Notes: generated by a model from the letters alone, not told the origin. A stretch of 61,021 nucleotides of DNA from Pseudomonadota bacterium (GCA_028873525.1 JAGWIM010000002.1:1-61021); one strand, 5' to 3'; shown: positions 42,337-54,158, counted from the first letter of the stretch. A program made the numbers and translations.

Positions 42337-42861
42337 TTATTGCGGGGTCAGGTGCGACGCAATAAAGCCGGTGACCTGCGCGCTCTTCCAATCCAGAGGT
42401 CCCTCGGCGCGGGCGATTTCCCTGCCGTTTTTATCAATGAACAACGTGCCGGGCAATCCCTGGAGATGAGCGGCCACGAAGGAGGCGGTGCCCATGTCCG
42501 CATATGGCACAAGTTGCGTGATGTGGCGGGCGGCGAAAAATGGCGCGACCTTGCCGATGTCATTGTCCAGCGAGATGGCGACCACCCGGAAACCCTGGCC
42601 GCCGTAGGCTTTCGCGGCGGCATCCACCTGCGGCAACTCGGCGAGGCAGGGAACGCACCAGGTCGCCCAGAAATGCACGGCGGTGAGCTTGTCCTTCCCC
42701 GGATTTAAGGGGTGAAACGCGCCGTCGGCACTCTTAAAAACGAGGGCGGGAGCCGGTTTTGGCGATTCAACGGCAAGGCTGACCGTATCTGAAGCATAGG
42801 CGGCTGCGGCCAATAGACAACTTGCTAATAAGGCAGAAAATCTTATAGTTGCATGACGCAT
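42337..42861 (-). CDS. tlpA: TlpA-family thiol:disulfide oxidoreductase
   Basis: Signal peptide plus [10 protein letters not shown] (CxxC thioredoxin fold). It diverges from argH, as in other Alphaproteobacteria. Confidence 0.85.
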   Translation of the reverse strand: MRHATIRFSALLASCLLAAAAYASDTVSLAVESPKPAPALVFKSADGAFHPLNPGKDKLTAVHFWATWCVPCLAELPQVDAAAKAYGGQGFRVVAISLDNDIGKVAPFFAARHITQLVPYADMGTASFVAAHLQGLPGTLFIDKNGREIARAEGPLDWKSAQVTGFIASHLTPQ

Positions 42862-42876
42862 GGCGTAAGGATCCTT

Positions 42877-44289
42877 ATGGCTGATTCAAAAAAGAGCAAG
42901 GCAGGCAAAGCCAACCCGATGTGGGGTGGCCAGTTTTCCATCGCGCCTGCCGAACTGCTGGCCAAGATTAACGCATCCGTCGCGTTTGACAAGCGGCTTT
43001 ACCGGCAGGATATCCGAGGTTCCATCGCCCATGCCAACATGCTCGCCAGGCAGGGCATCATCAGCAGGGGGGACGCGCGTGCTATCGTCGCCGGGTTGCA
43101 GGACATTCTGAAAGACATCGAGGCCGAACGGTTTATCTTCAGCGATGCGCTGGAAGATGTGCACATGAATATCGAGTCGGTCTTGAAAAACCGTATCGGC
43201 GAAGCGGGCGGCAGGCTGCACACGGCGCGTTCGCGCAACGACCAGGTGGCGACGGACTTGCGGCTTTATGTGCGCGATGCGCTGGACGCGCTGGCCGCGG
43301 CGCTGGCCGGGTTACAGGCGGCGCTGCTGAAGCGGGCATCGGAACATGCGGCGACGATCATGCCGGGGTTCACGCACCTGCAGGCGGCGCAGCCGGTGAC
43401 GCTGGGGCATCATCTGCTGGCATATGTGGAAATGTTCGGGCGCGACCGCGCGCGCGCGCGCGATGCGCGTTCGCGCATGAATGAATCGCCGCTGGGCGCT
43501 GCGGCGCTGGCGGGCACGTCGTTTCCGATTGACCGGCATTTCACGGCGAAGGAGCTGGGTTTCGACGCGCCGATGCGAAATTCGATCGATGCCGTCTCCG
43601 ACCGTGATTTCGCGCTGGAATTTTTGGCGCTGGCGGCGATATGCGCCGTGCATATGTCGCGGCTGGCGGAGGAATTCGTGTTGTGGTCGAGCGCGCCGTT
43701 TTCCTTCATCCGCTTTTCCGATAGCTGGTCTACCGGCAGCTCCATTATGCCGCAGAAGCGCAACCCCGACGCCGCCGAGCTGGTGCGCGGCAAGGCCGGG
43801 CGGATGTCCGGCAACCTGATGGCGCTGCTTGCCGTGATGAAGTCGCTGCCGCTGGCCTACAACAAGGATATGCAGGAGGATAAGGAGCCGGTGTTCGACA
43901 GCGCCGAAAATATCCTGCTCTGCGTGCGGGCGATGGCGGGCATGGCGGACGATTTCAACGTGGCGAAGGAGCGCATGGCCAGGGCGGCGGGCGAGGCCTA
44001 CGCCAACGCCACTGACCTTGCCGACTGGCTGACGCGCGAGCTGGATATGCCGTTCCGCAAGGCGCATCATGTCACGGCGCGGCTGGTGGCGCTGGCGGCG
44101 AAGCAGGAGAAACGGCTGGAGGCGTTGACGTTGACGGAAATGCAGAGCATCGAACCGGGCATCCGCAAAGAGATGTTCTCGGTGCTGGCCGCCGCCGATT
44201 CGGTGAAAAGCCGCAGGAGTTTCGGCGGCACCGCGCCGGACAATGTGAAAAAGGCTATCGTTGAGGCGAAAAAGAGGTTCGGGGTATGA
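42877..44289 (+). CDS. argH: Argininosuccinate lyase
   Basis: Carries MWGGQFS..., the [12 protein letters not shown] signature and TGFTHLQ-type motifs. I chose the start MADSKK at 42877. Confidence 0.95.
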   Translation: MADSKKSKAGKANPMWGGQFSIAPAELLAKINASVAFDKRLYRQDIRGSIAHANMLARQGIISRGDARAIVAGLQDILKDIEAERFIFSDALEDVHMNIESVLKNRIGEAGGRLHTARSRNDQVATDLRLYVRDALDALAAALAGLQAALLKRASEHAATIMPGFTHLQAAQPVTLGHHLLAYVEMFGRDRARARDARSRMNESPLGAAALAGTSFPIDRHFTAKELGFDAPMRNSIDAVSDRDFALEFLALAAICAVHMSRLAEEFVLWSSAPFSFIRFSDSWSTGSSIMPQKRNPDAAELVRGKAGRMSGNLMALLAVMKSLPLAYNKDMQEDKEPVFDSAENILLCVRAMAGMADDFNVAKERMARAAGEAYANATDLADWLTRELDMPFRKAHHVTARLVALAAKQEKRLEALTLTEMQSIEPGIRKEMFSVLAAADSVKSRRSFGGTAPDNVKKAIVEAKKRFGV

Positions 44290-44372
44290 GCCACCGTCGT
44301 TGCGAGCGTCGCGAAGCAGGCCGGTTTCTTGCGCGGCAGGGCGGATTGCTTCGTCGCCCGTGGTTCCTCGCC

Positions 44373-44561
44373 ATGACGGTTTTGATAGCGGCGCTGGCGT
44401 TCAATCTTTCGGCCTGCGGCGAAAAGGGCAAGCTTAAGTCGCCGTCGATGATCGCGCGCGAGGAAGCCAAGCAGCAGAAAAAGAAGGCGGCGGGAAACGC
44501 CGACTCTCCGGCGTCTCCGGCATCGCCCGACTCTCCGGCGTCTCCGGCGGGTTCGCAATAA
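44373..44561 (+). CDS. Small lipoprotein (LptM/YifL-like position between argH and lysA)
   Basis: The lipobox AFNLSACG is followed by a Lys-rich stretch and a tandem DSPASPASP/DSPASPA repeat encoded by a 27-bp-period DNA repeat. The ORF extends back to 44286. Confidence 0.5.
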   Translation: MTVLIAALAFNLSACGEKGKLKSPSMIAREEAKQQKKKAAGNADSPASPASPDSPASPAGSQ

Positions 44562-45824
44562 ATGGATTTTTTTCAGTATAAGAACGGCGTTTATCATGCC
44601 GAAGATGTGCCGTTGCCCGCGCCGGCGGCGGCCATCGGCACGCCGTTTTATTGCTATTCGGCGGCGACGCTGGAGCGCCATTACAAGGTATTCTCCGGCC
44701 ATTTTTCGGACATGGATGCGATGGTCTGCTATGCCGTGAAAGCCAACGGCAACCTGGCGATATTGAAAACATTGGCGCGGCTCGGCAGCGGCGCGGATGT
44801 AGTGTCCGAAGGTGAAATACGGCTGGCGCTGGCGGCGGGCGTTGATCCGCAGCGCATCGTATTCTCCGGTGTCGGAAAGACGGCAGCGGAAATGGCATTT
44901 GCGCTGGAGAAAAATATTTTTCAGTTCAACATTGAGTCGGAGCCGGAGCTGCGCTTCTTGAGCGATATTGCGAAAGCGAAAAACACCAAGGCGCGCATCG
45001 CTGTCCGCGTTAACCCCGATGTCGAGGCGGGGACGCACGCCAAAATTTCCACTGGCCACAAGGAAAGCAAGTTCGGCGTCGCCATGCCGGAAGCCATGCC
45101 GCTGTACCGGCTGGCGGCTACGCTCCCCGGCATTGAAATTCAGGGCGCGTCGGTGCATATCGGATCGCAGCTCACATCGCTCGGGCCGTTTGCCCAGGCG
45201 TTTGCGCGGCTGCGCGCCTTTGCCGGTGAACTCCGCGCCGAAAGTTTTGCCGTGAAGACGCTCGATCTTGGCGGCGGGCTGGGGATTCCTTATGGACAGG
45301 AAGATCCGCCGCTGCCCGCCGCCTACGCCGACATTGTAAAACGTGAGATGAAGGGCGTGGGTTGCAAGATTATTTTCGAGCCGGGGCGGGTGCTGGTCGG
45401 CAATGCCGGGATACTGGTGTCGCGCGTGATTTACGTCAAAAAAAGCGGCGAACGCATTTTCATCGTCGTTGATGCGGCGATGAATGATTTGCTGCGTCCG
45501 TCGCTCTACGGCGCCTATCACGATATCGTGCCCATCGCAGCACCCCCCGGCGATGCGCCGACCGAGCTGGCCGATGTCGCGGGTCCGATATGCGAAAGCG
45601 GCGATGTGTTCGCCGAGCGCCGGTTGATGAAAATCCCCGAAGCGGGCGACCTGCTGGCTTTCCGCTCCGCCGGGGCTTACGGCGCGTCCATGGCTTCCAC
45701 GTATAATGCCCGTCCGCTGGTGGCCGAAGTGATGGTGAAGGGCGGTCAATACGCAGTGGTGCGCTCGCGTGAAACCTACGAGGCATTGCTCAAGCGGGAT
45801 ACATTGCCGTCATGGCTACTCTAG
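44562..45824 (+). CDS. lysA: Diaminopimelate decarboxylase
   Basis: 420 aa. YAVKANGNLAILK contains the PLP-binding Lys, and the GGGLGIPY and CESGD motifs are present. Confidence 0.96.
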   Translation: MDFFQYKNGVYHAEDVPLPAPAAAIGTPFYCYSAATLERHYKVFSGHFSDMDAMVCYAVKANGNLAILKTLARLGSGADVVSEGEIRLALAAGVDPQRIVFSGVGKTAAEMAFALEKNIFQFNIESEPELRFLSDIAKAKNTKARIAVRVNPDVEAGTHAKISTGHKESKFGVAMPEAMPLYRLAATLPGIEIQGASVHIGSQLTSLGPFAQAFARLRAFAGELRAESFAVKTLDLGGGLGIPYGQEDPPLPAAYADIVKREMKGVGCKIIFEPGRVLVGNAGILVSRVIYVKKSGERIFIVVDAAMNDLLRPSLYGAYHDIVPIAAPPGDAPTELADVAGPICESGDVFAERRLMKIPEAGDLLAFRSAGAYGASMASTYNARPLVAEVMVKGGQYAVVRSRETYEALLKRDTLPSWLL

Positions 45825-46480
45825 GAGCAGCAAAGATTACGCTTAAAAATGCGCAGGCGTTGGAACTCTTTATGCGCGTGTCGCCGGAAGCGGCGTCGTT
45901 TCTTGAATGTTTTTCATTCCTGCAGGCGTCCGGCAATGCCCGGGTGGTCTTCATTTACGATAAATTGCTGCCGGAAGAAAATGACATTGAGGATGCCAGG
46001 CAGTGCAACGCTCATTTACAAATGCTCTTTCAGGAAGCGGAAAATATACTTGGCAAACGCATTGTATCCCGTCCGCAAAAACGCGGACCGATTGACATGA
46101 AAATACCGGATGCCGCATCGTCGGGAATCACCGCAGCCGAAACGCCGGAACGTCATCCTGCGGAAAATGAACATATAACGATGCAGGCGGCCATCGATCT
46201 CAGCAATCGCCGGCTTAGCGATATTATCCTTGATCTGGCGGCGCGGCTTATCAATCAGCGACGAAGCGTGGATAAGAATTTTACGCTTTCGCATTTTCCA
46301 ACCAGGGAAAATGCTCCCGAAAACTATGACGGCATCACGGATAGCGGGCCGTTACATGACAAGCTGTCCCAAGGATTTCCAGGCGAGGTAACAAGAAAAG
46401 ACCTCGAACCCCTGCTGCCGCAAATGACCTGCCTGACGACGAAATTCCGCCAGGCTAAATTGCCTGAACGGTACCGATAA
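45812..46480 (+). CDS. Hypothetical protein (no recognisable domain)
   Basis: 222 aa with lower GC than the flanking genes and plausible codon structure. It overlaps the lysA 3-prime end by 13 nt and the convergent hpt 3-prime end by 26 nt. Confidence 0.45.
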   Translation: MATLGAAKITLKNAQALELFMRVSPEAASFLECFSFLQASGNARVVFIYDKLLPEENDIEDARQCNAHLQMLFQEAENILGKRIVSRPQKRGPIDMKIPDAASSGITAAETPERHPAENEHITMQAAIDLSNRRLSDIILDLAARLINQRRSVDKNFTLSHFPTRENAPENYDGITDSGPLHDKLSQGFPGEVTRKDLEPLLPQMTCLTTKFRQAKLPERYR

Positions 46481-47036
46481 ACGGCAGTTCGCGGTAATAA
46501 TTGGCATAGTCCAGCCCGTAACCGACGACGAATTTATCGGGGATGATGAAGCCGGTGAAATCGGCGGTGATGTCTATGCGGCGCTTGCCGGGCTTTTCCA
46601 GCAGCACGGCGATATGGATGGATTTCGCCTTTCGGCGGCGCACCAGCTCGCGCGCGAAATGCAGCGTGCCGCCGGACTCCAGTATGTCATCGACGATCAG
46701 CACGTCGCGGCCTTCGACATCCTCGCTGAGGTCGCGCACGATTTTCACTTCGCCGCTGGTGGTGGTTCCACTGCCGTAGCTGGCGAGAGTTAAGAATTCA
46801 ATCTGCGGGCGCATATTGCTCTTCGCGCCGGCGACATGCAGGGCGCGAATCAAATCGGCGACAAACACGAAGCTGCCGCGCAGGAGCGCTACGATCAGCA
46901 GATCAGGCGGCAGCTTCCCGGCGATTTCCTCGGCCATCGCGGCGGTGCGGCCGGCGATTTCCACGGCGGAGATCAGGACTTCAACATTTTTCCTCCCTCT
47001 CTCGGGGGGAGGATTAAGGTGGGGGTTACTTTCCAT
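46455..47036 (-). CDS. hpt: Hypoxanthine phosphoribosyltransferase
   Basis: The PRPP-binding motif VLIVDDILESGGTL and LLRGSFVFVADL are present. The N-terminal 15 codons lie inside a REP-like hairpin. Confidence 0.9.
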   Translation of the reverse strand: MESNPHLNPPPERGRKNVEVLISAVEIAGRTAAMAEEIAGKLPPDLLIVALLRGSFVFVADLIRALHVAGAKSNMRPQIEFLTLASYGSGTTTSGEVKIVRDLSEDVEGRDVLIVDDILESGGTLHFARELVRRRKAKSIHIAVLLEKPGKRRIDITADFTGFIIPDKFVVGYGLDYANYYRELPFIGTVQAI

Positions 47037-47100
47037 TCCGGCGTGTACTCATAGTGTCATCAACCCCCACCCTGACCCTCTCCTTGAAACGGGGAGGGGA
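46991..47100. repeat. Cluster of REP-like GC-rich hairpins
   Basis: Three structures are visible: TCCTCCCtctctcgggGGGAGGA (46991-47013), AGGTGGGGGT...ACCCCCACCCT arms (about 47017-47072), and CCCTCtccttgaaacgggGAGGG (47076-47098). Confidence 0.5.
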
Positions 47101-47110
47101 AAAATATACG

Positions 47111-47764
47111 TCACTCCGGCTTGCGGCGCAGCGCCAGTTCGAGAGAACTACCCAGTTCGACGACGAAACGCACGTTCTTGCCGCCGCGCGCTTCCAGGTT
47201 ATCGGTGACAAACGGAATGGATTTTCCTGGCGCCAGCATTTTGCCGCGACCGGAATAATCCCGCGGCTGCCCCAGCGGCGCGCCGTTTGCATCCACCAGC
47301 GTGATGCGCAGCATCGGCACGGTGCGCGTTTCATGCGTCGTGTTGAGAATCTGGCCGCCGATGGCGTAGGCGGCGGGATTGCCCTCCTTCAGCTTGGTAA
47401 CGCCGACATCGGCCAGCACCAGGCCGTTGCTGCCGGGGAAACCCAGCCCGCCGGGAAACGTCAGTAATATGATGAGCGCGGCGGCGATGGCGGCCAGCGC
47501 GACAGTGGCGGCCTTGATTCCCAGCGGCGTTTCATGGCGTCTGATGACCGGCAGGTTAGAGCCGGGCGGCAGCGGCGCGGGGCGGGCGTTGATCTCGTTT
47601 AAGACTTTGTCGATCTCGTTCAGTATTTTTTCGGTCGTGCCGGTGGCCGGCTTCTGGAACCAGGCGTTGCCGCAGGCGGCGCAGCGTACCGTGCGCCCTT
47701 CCGCGCCGATGGCCGTATCAGGCGCCAGGTAACGGGCGTTGCACTGGGGGCATTGGAGGATCAT
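47111..47764 (-). CDS. MJ0042-type zinc-ribbon membrane protein (DUF3426-like)
   Basis: [36 protein letters not shown] is followed by a TM helix and a C-terminal beta domain. It diverges from ftsE, as is common in Alphaproteobacteria. Confidence 0.8.
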   Translation of the reverse strand: MILQCPQCNARYLAPDTAIGAEGRTVRCAACGNAWFQKPATGTTEKILNEIDKVLNEINARPAPLPPGSNLPVIRRHETPLGIKAATVALAAIAAALIILLTFPGGLGFPGSNGLVLADVGVTKLKEGNPAAYAIGGQILNTTHETRTVPMLRITLVDANGAPLGQPRDYSGRGKMLAPGKSIPFVTDNLEARGGKNVRFVVELGSSLELALRRKPE

Positions 47765-47841
47765 GGAGACCCTAGGTTACGGTTGCAACTTTCACTATGC
47801 TGTAGCATATCTGGTTTCGTTCCGCAGAAAAGCAAAAAATC

Positions 47842-48513
<672 letters not shown>

Positions 48514-48537
<24 letters not shown>

Positions 48538-48624
48538 CGAAAAAACACCCGGAAAATGCCAAATAATATCGGATTAAATCAATTTTAATCCCCCGAAAAT
48601 GCCCTTTTAATGCCCGAAAAATAT
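48514..48624 (+). promoter_or_regulatory. Array of CCSGAAAATGCC-like direct repeats plus a palindrome containing TTAA-N7-TTAA, upstream of sdhC
   Basis: The repeats lie at 48514-48530, 48548-48563, 48591-48604 and 48612-48624. The palindrome GGATTAAA-tcaat-TTTAATCC lies at 48571-48591 and contains TTAA-N7-TTAA at 48574-48588. Confidence 0.4.
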
Positions 48625-48724
48625 TTCCCTTCTTTCTCCTTTCGGGTGATCCCGTGTCAAGGTAACTCGCAAGGCGAGTCACTTTCTTATGGATTATTGG
48701 CGCCATTTATTATAAGACCTTGTC

Positions 48725-49108
48725 ATGCCGAACCGTCCCTTGTCACCGCATCTTTCCATTTACCGCCCGCAGATTTCCTCGGTGCTTTCCATCCTGCACC
48801 GCCTCACCGGCCTGGCGCTGTTCGCCGGCACGGCGCTGGTGGTCGCCTGGCTGTGCTCGGCGGCTTACGCCCCGGCTTTTTACGCGACGCTGCATGACGG
48901 GATGGATTCGTTTATCGGGCGTCTCTGCCTGCTTGGCTGGACGCTGGCGTTTTACTGCCATTTCTGCAACGGCATCCGGCATTTGTTCTGGGACATCGGC
49001 ATGGGATTCACGTTGCCGCAGATGGCGCGTTCCGGCTGGGCGGTGATTGTGCTGACCATTGTATTCACGGCGCTGACCTGGGGATTCGTCAGCGCGCTGG
49101 CGGGGTAA
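48725..49108 (+). CDS. sdhC: Succinate dehydrogenase cytochrome b556 subunit
   Basis: MPNRPLSPHLSIYRPQISSVLSILHRLTG is the canonical SdhC N-terminus. Confidence 0.9.
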   Translation: MPNRPLSPHLSIYRPQISSVLSILHRLTGLALFAGTALVVAWLCSAAYAPAFYATLHDGMDSFIGRLCLLGWTLAFYCHFCNGIRHLFWDIGMGFTLPQMARSGWAVIVLTIVFTALTWGFVSALAG

Positions 49109-49521
49109 TGATGACATCCGGTTCGCCTCTTCGCACACGGCTGGCCAGAGTGAAGGGGCTTGGCGCCGCGCATCGCGGCGTTTCGCACTGGTGGTGGCAG
49201 CGCGTGACGGCGCTGGCGCTGATTCCGCTGTCGTTGTGGTTCGTCGCCTCGCTGGTGTCGGCGCTCCTGCTGCCGGACGTGATGAAAGTGGCGCAATGGT
49301 TCGCCTCGCCGGTCAATGCGCTGCTGATGATAGCGCTGCTGGCGGCGCTGTTCCTTCACGCCAAATTGGGCGTGCAGGTGATTATCGAGGATTACGTGCA
49401 TTCCCCGGTGATGAAATATACATTGCTGCTGCTGAACATGTTTATTTGTTTTGCCTTCGCTGCGGTTTGCATCCTGGCGGTGCTGAAACTGCATATGATT
49501 GATGTCGGGGCGGGGGCGTAA
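49108..49521 (+). CDS. sdhD: Succinate dehydrogenase membrane anchor subunit
   Basis: Carries [18 protein letters not shown]. The start overlaps the sdhC stop. Confidence 0.9.
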   Translation: MMTSGSPLRTRLARVKGLGAAHRGVSHWWWQRVTALALIPLSLWFVASLVSALLLPDVMKVAQWFASPVNALLMIALLAALFLHAKLGVQVIIEDYVHSPVMKYTLLLLNMFICFAFAAVCILAVLKLHMIDVGAGA

Positions 49522-51305
49522 TGGCGCAGGCATATCCGATTATCGATCACTACCACGATGTCGTCGTTGTCGGAGCGGGCGGCGCGGGTTTGCGCGCGAC
49601 GTTCGGCATGGCGGCGGCGGGACTCAATACGGCGTGCGTGACCAAGGTTTTCCCGACGCGCTCGCACACGGTGGCGGCGCAGGGCGGCATCTCGGCGGCG
49701 CTGGGCAACATGGGCGCGGACGACTGGCGCTGGCATATGTACGACACGGTCAAGGGCGGCGACTGGCTGGGCGACCAGGACGCCATCGAATATATGTGCA
49801 AGAACGCCATGGACGCCGTTATCGAGCTGGAGCATTACGGCGTGCCGTTCTCGCGCACGCCGGAAGGCAAGATATACCAGCGCCCGTTCGGCGGCATGAC
49901 GACCGAATTCGGCAAGGGCACGGCGCAGCGCACCTGCGCCGCCGCCGACCGCACCGGACATGCCATCCTGCACACGTTATATACGCAGGCGCTGAGGCAT
50001 CACGCGCAATTCTTCGTTGAATATTTCGCCGTTGATTTATTGATGGACGAAGAAGGCGCCTGCCGCGGCGTGCTGGCATGGAACCTCGACGACGGCACGA
50101 TGCACCGCTTCAACGCGCACACGGTGGTGTTGGCCACCGGCGGCTATGGCCGCGCCTATTTCTCCTGCACCAGCGCCCATACCTGCACCGGCGACGGCGG
50201 CGGCATGGCGCTGCGCGCGGGTTTGCCATTACAAGATATGGAGTTCGTGCAGTTCCACCCGACCGGCGTCTACGGCGCCGGGATGCTGATTACCGAGGGC
50301 GCGCGCGGCGAAGGCGGGTATCTGGTCAATTCCGAGGGCGAGCGGTTCATGGAACGCTACGCGCCACATGCGAAGGATCTGGCCTCGCGCGATGTCGTGT
50401 CGCGGGCGATGACGGTGGAAATCCGCGAGGGCAGGGGGGTGGGCGAACATAAAGATCATATCTATCTGCATCTCGATCATCTTGACCCGGAAGTGCTGCA
50501 TGCGCGGCTGCCGGGCATTTCCGAAACCGCTAAAATATTTGCCGGCGTTGATGTGACCAAGCAGCCGATCCCGGTGCTGCCGACCGTGCATTATAATATG
50601 GGCGGCATTCCGACCAATCATCACGGCGAAGTGGTGACGCTGCATAAAGGCAATCCCGAAACGATCGTGCCGGGACTGATGGCCATCGGTGAGGCTGCCT
50701 GCGTTTCGGTGCATGGGGCTAACCGCTTAGGCTCTAACTCGCTGCTGGATTTAGTGGTCTTCGGCCGCGCCGCCGCCATCCGCGCCGCCGAGACCATTAA
50801 ACCGCACACGCCGCATAAACCGCCGGTTTCGGTGGATAAGGCGCTCTCAAGGTTTGACGGCATCCGGCAATCCTCCGGCGCGCAGCCGACCTCGCATATC
50901 CGCCGCGCCATGCAGCGCTGTATGCAGAACCATGCCGCCGTTTTCCGCGAGGATAAAGTGCTTTCCGAAGGCACGCAGCAGATGCAGGACATCTGGAAGA
51001 ACTTTGGTCAACTGGGCATTTCCGACCGCTCGCTCATTTGGAACAGCGATTTGGCCGAAGCGCTGGAGCTGGATAATTTGCGCTCGCAGGCGCTGGTGAC
51101 CATCGCCGGTGCGCTCAACCGCCAGGAAAGCCGCGGCGCGCACGCCCGCGAGGATTTCCCCGACCGCGATGATAAAAACTGGATGAAGCATACGCTGGCA
51201 TGGCTGGATGAGGCGGGAAAAGTCGTCATCAACTACCGCCCGGTGCATCTCAATACGCTGTCCAACGAAGTGCAGCCCATTCCGCCGAAGGCAAGGGTGT
51301 ATTGA
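49521..51305 (+). CDS. sdhA: Succinate dehydrogenase flavoprotein subunit
   Basis: 594 aa with [23 protein letters not shown] (the FAD-linked His) and [13 protein letters not shown]. Confidence 0.98.
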   Translation: MAQAYPIIDHYHDVVVVGAGGAGLRATFGMAAAGLNTACVTKVFPTRSHTVAAQGGISAALGNMGADDWRWHMYDTVKGGDWLGDQDAIEYMCKNAMDAVIELEHYGVPFSRTPEGKIYQRPFGGMTTEFGKGTAQRTCAAADRTGHAILHTLYTQALRHHAQFFVEYFAVDLLMDEEGACRGVLAWNLDDGTMHRFNAHTVVLATGGYGRAYFSCTSAHTCTGDGGGMALRAGLPLQDMEFVQFHPTGVYGAGMLITEGARGEGGYLVNSEGERFMERYAPHAKDLASRDVVSRAMTVEIREGRGVGEHKDHIYLHLDHLDPEVLHARLPGISETAKIFAGVDVTKQPIPVLPTVHYNMGGIPTNHHGEVVTLHKGNPETIVPGLMAIGEAACVSVHGANRLGSNSLLDLVVFGRAAAIRAAETIKPHTPHKPPVSVDKALSRFDGIRQSSGAQPTSHIRRAMQRCMQNHAAVFREDKVLSEGTQQMQDIWKNFGQLGISDRSLIWNSDLAEALELDNLRSQALVTIAGALNRQESRGAHAREDFPDRDDKNWMKHTLAWLDEAGKVVINYRPVHLNTLSNEVQPIPPKARVY

Positions 51306-51306
51306 T

Positions 51307-51591
51307 ATGCGACTTGAACAACTCCGCCGGTATAAACCGCAAATCCTCGCCATCGCGCAGGAGCACGGTGTCGGCAACGTGCGCGTGTTCGGCTCGGTGG
51401 CGCGCGGCGAGGCGGACGACGGAAGCGATGTTGATTTGTTGGTAAGCATTGAACGCTTATTGGGTTGGAAATATTTTGGGCTGGAACCGGCGCTGGAAGA
51501 TTTGCTGAAGCACAAAGTGGATGTCGTTTCGGACGAAGCCATCAGGCCGCGTTTGCGCGAGCGTATTTTGAAAGATGCCATTCCTTTATAA
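51307..51591 (+). CDS. mntA: Minimal nucleotidyltransferase (MntA-type antitoxin), second copy
   Basis: MRLEQLRRYKPQILAIAQEHGVGNVRVFGSVARGEADDGSDVDLLV is a paralogue of the protein at 2923-3231. Its ATG lies 1 nt after the sdhA stop. Confidence 0.85.
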   Translation: MRLEQLRRYKPQILAIAQEHGVGNVRVFGSVARGEADDGSDVDLLVSIERLLGWKYFGLEPALEDLLKHKVDVVSDEAIRPRLRERILKDAIPL

Positions 51592-51605
51592 AAAATCAGG
51601 CCTTT

Positions 51606-51946
51606 ATGAGTAATCAGGAATATAAAGATAATGAACTTTTATATCATATTCTTGAGGCTATCGAGAATGTCGCTGCGCATCAATCCGGCGCGTGTGCGAA
51701 GTTTACTATTGAAAGAGCCATTATTTATGAGTTGGTGATAATCGGCGAGGCGGTGGGTGATTTATCCAAAGCGCTCAAAGAATCCTTCCGCAGGTGCCGT
51801 GGCAGGTCATTGCCGATACGCGCCATAAAATGGTACATGACTATGAGGATGTATCTTCGCGGGTGGTTTGGAATATAGTGGAAGAGCATCTGCCTGAATT
51901 GAAGCGTAACGTTGAGAATATTATCAAAGAAAAGCAGGATAAATAA
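51606..51946 (+). pseudogene. hepT: HEPN/DUF86 HepT-type toxin gene with a 1-nt frameshift
   Basis: The first frame reads MSNQEYKDNELLYHILEAIENV...IIGEAVGDLSKALKESF and then runs out of frame. From nt 51788 the -1 frame continues PQVPWQVIADTRHKMVHDYEDV...[18 protein letters not shown], carrying R-x4-H at 51821-51838. TTCCGCAG looks like TTCCCGCAG minus one C. The stop lies 1 nt before the sdhB ATG. Confidence 0.75.
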
Positions 51947-51947
51947 C

Positions 51948-52745
51948 ATGGCAGAACTCAGGCTTCCCCCCAATTCCCGCGTCGGCAAGGGCAAGACCTT
52001 CAAGGCTCCCGAGAAGGCCAAGCGCGTCAAGGCGTTCAATATTTACCGCTGGGACCCGGACGATGTGGACGATAAAGGCAAGCCGAAAACCCCGCGCATG
52101 GACCGCTATGAAGTTGATGTGGGTAATTGTGCGCCGATGGTCTTGGACGCGCTGATTAAAATCAAGGACGAGGTGGATTCCACGCTCACCTTCCGCCGTT
52201 CCTGCCGCGAGGGTATCTGCGGTTCCTGCGCCATGAACATCGACGGCACCAACACGCTGGCCTGCATCAAGCCGATTGAGGATGTTTCGGGCGACGTGAA
52301 TATTTATCCGCTGCCGCATATGCAGGTGGTGAAAGACCTGGTGCCGGACATGAACCATTTTTACGCGCAGTACGAATCCATCCAGCCCTGGCTGCAGACG
52401 GAAACGCCGGCGCCGGGCGGCGAGCGTCTGCAATCGCCGGAAGACCGCGCCAAGCTGGACGGCCTGTACGAATGTATTTTATGCGCCTGCTGCTCGACCG
52501 CTTGCCCCAGCTACTGGTGGAATTCCGATCGGTTCTTAGGCCCGGCCATATTGCTGCAGGCTTACCGCTGGATTATTGATTCACGCGATGAGATGACCGG
52601 CGATCGGCTCGACAATCTCGAAGACCCGTTCCGCCTTTACCGCTGCCACACCATCATGAACTGCGCCAAAACCTGCCCCAAGGGCTTAAACCCGGCCAAG
52701 GCGATTGCCGAAATCAAAAAGCTGATGGTCGAAAGGGCGGTGTGA
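51948..52745 (+). CDS. sdhB: Succinate dehydrogenase iron-sulfur subunit
   Basis: The three Fe-S cluster motifs are present: [29 protein letters not shown] and [18 protein letters not shown] chose the start MAELRLPP at 51948. Confidence 0.97.
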   Translation: MAELRLPPNSRVGKGKTFKAPEKAKRVKAFNIYRWDPDDVDDKGKPKTPRMDRYEVDVGNCAPMVLDALIKIKDEVDSTLTFRRSCREGICGSCAMNIDGTNTLACIKPIEDVSGDVNIYPLPHMQVVKDLVPDMNHFYAQYESIQPWLQTETPAPGGERLQSPEDRAKLDGLYECILCACCSTACPSYWWNSDRFLGPAILLQAYRWIIDSRDEMTGDRLDNLEDPFRLYRCHTIMNCAKTCPKGLNPAKAIAEIKKLMVERAV

Positions 52746-52746
52746 G

Positions 52747-53700
52747 TTGGCCGTCTACACTCCGCTAACCGGGCAGGACATCAAGGCATTTTTATCGCAA
52801 TATGATATTGGCGATCTGGCGTCGTTCGAGGGTATTGCCGAGGGGATTACCAATAGTAATTATTTGGTCGTTACCGGCAAAAAATACATTCTCACCCTGT
52901 TTGAAAAACGTTACCGGCTGGAGGATTTGCCGTATTTCGCCGCGCTGATGGAATGGTGGGGCGCGCGCGGCATCCGTTGCCCGCAGCCGATCAAAACCAA
53001 AGATGGGCGCACGCTTTCGGCGCTGAAGGACAAGCCGGCGCTCCTGGTGAGTTTTTTAGAAGGCGGGGGGGCGCGCAAGATCACGCTGGAGCACGTATCG
53101 CAATTAGGCGCGCTGGCGGCGGACATGCACATTGCCGGGGCGGATTTTCCGCATGTGCGCGCCAACGGGCTGTCGCTTTCCGCCTGGGAAACGCTGATTG
53201 ATAATATTGGCCGGCGCGCCGATGAGATTGAAGTAGGGCTTTACCGCCTGATCAGCGAGGAATATAATTACCTGAGCGAACATTGGCCGCATGGCCTGCC
53301 CTCCGGTCCCATCCACGCCGACTTGTTTCCCGATAACGTGTTTTTCAACAAAACATTCGGCCGAGCGCCGGCGCTTTCCGGCGTCATTGATTGTTATTTC
53401 TCCTGCAATGATTTCTGGGCGTATGACCTGGCGGTCTGCGTCAATGCCTGGTGCTTCGACGACCGGCATCGCTTCGTGCCCGAGCGCGTGCAGGCCTTGA
53501 TGCACGCCTACGCCGATATTCGCCCGTTGGAACGGGAAGAAGAAGCCTCGCTGCCGCTGTTGCTGCGCGGCGCGGCGCTGCGGTTTCTGCTGACGCGCGC
53601 CGATGATGCGCTCCACCCCGAGCCGGGGGCGGTGCTGACGCTGAAAGACCCGTTGGAGTATGTAAAAAAGCTCGCCTTTTTCCAAAGCTATTCCGCATGA
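52747..53700 (+). CDS. thrB: Homoserine kinase (type II, aminoglycoside-phosphotransferase fold)
   Basis: [39 protein letters not shown] and [12 protein letters not shown] are typical of ThrB type II. The start codon is TTG. Confidence 0.9.
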   Translation: MAVYTPLTGQDIKAFLSQYDIGDLASFEGIAEGITNSNYLVVTGKKYILTLFEKRYRLEDLPYFAALMEWWGARGIRCPQPIKTKDGRTLSALKDKPALLVSFLEGGGARKITLEHVSQLGALAADMHIAGADFPHVRANGLSLSAWETLIDNIGRRADEIEVGLYRLISEEYNYLSEHWPHGLPSGPIHADLFPDNVFFNKTFGRAPALSGVIDCYFSCNDFWAYDLAVCVNAWCFDDRHRFVPERVQALMHAYADIRPLEREEEASLPLLLRGAALRFLLTRADDALHPEPGAVLTLKDPLEYVKKLAFFQSYSA

Positions 53701-54158
53701 AAAAACACGTCTGTATCTATACCGACGGCGCCTGTTCGGGCAATCCCGGCCCGGGCGGCTGGGCGGCGATATTGGTGCACGGCGAGGCGGAGAAGGAACT
53801 TTCTGGCCATGAGGAGCATACCACCAACAACCGCATGGAAATGATGGCGGCCATCCGGGCGCTGGAAGCGCTCAAAACGCCCTGCAAGGTTGATCTGACC
53901 ACCGACAGCGCCTATGTCAAAAAAGGCATGACCGAGTGGCTGAAAGGCTGGAAGGCGAAGGGATGGAAAACCGCCGATAACAAGCCGGTTAAAAACGCCG
54001 ACCTGTGGCAGCGCCTCGAAGCGGCGGCTGCCCGTCACGCCGTTGCGTGGCACTGGGTGCGCGGCCACGACGGCCATGAATACAATGAGCGGGCGGACGA
54101 GTCAGCGCGAAGAGCGCTCACGGATGTCAGCGGTCAGAGGCCAGATGTCAAAAAATAA
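53697..54158 (+). CDS. rnhA: Ribonuclease HI
   Basis: [20 protein letters not shown]...[12 protein letters not shown]...TDSAYV...[18 protein letters not shown]. Confidence 0.95.
   Translation: MKKHVCIYTDGACSGNPGPGGWAAILVHGEAEKELSGHEEHTTNNRMEMMAAIRALEALKTPCKVDLTTDSAYVKKGMTEWLKGWKAKGWKTADNKPVKNADLWQRLEAAAARHAVAWHWVRGHDGHEYNERADESARRALTDVSGQRPDVKK

Noticed and set aside
44067-45749. A 560-aa ORF on the - strand.
   Set aside because: It is antisense to lysA and the end of argH. It has Arg-rich low-complexity composition and is an artefact of high GC.
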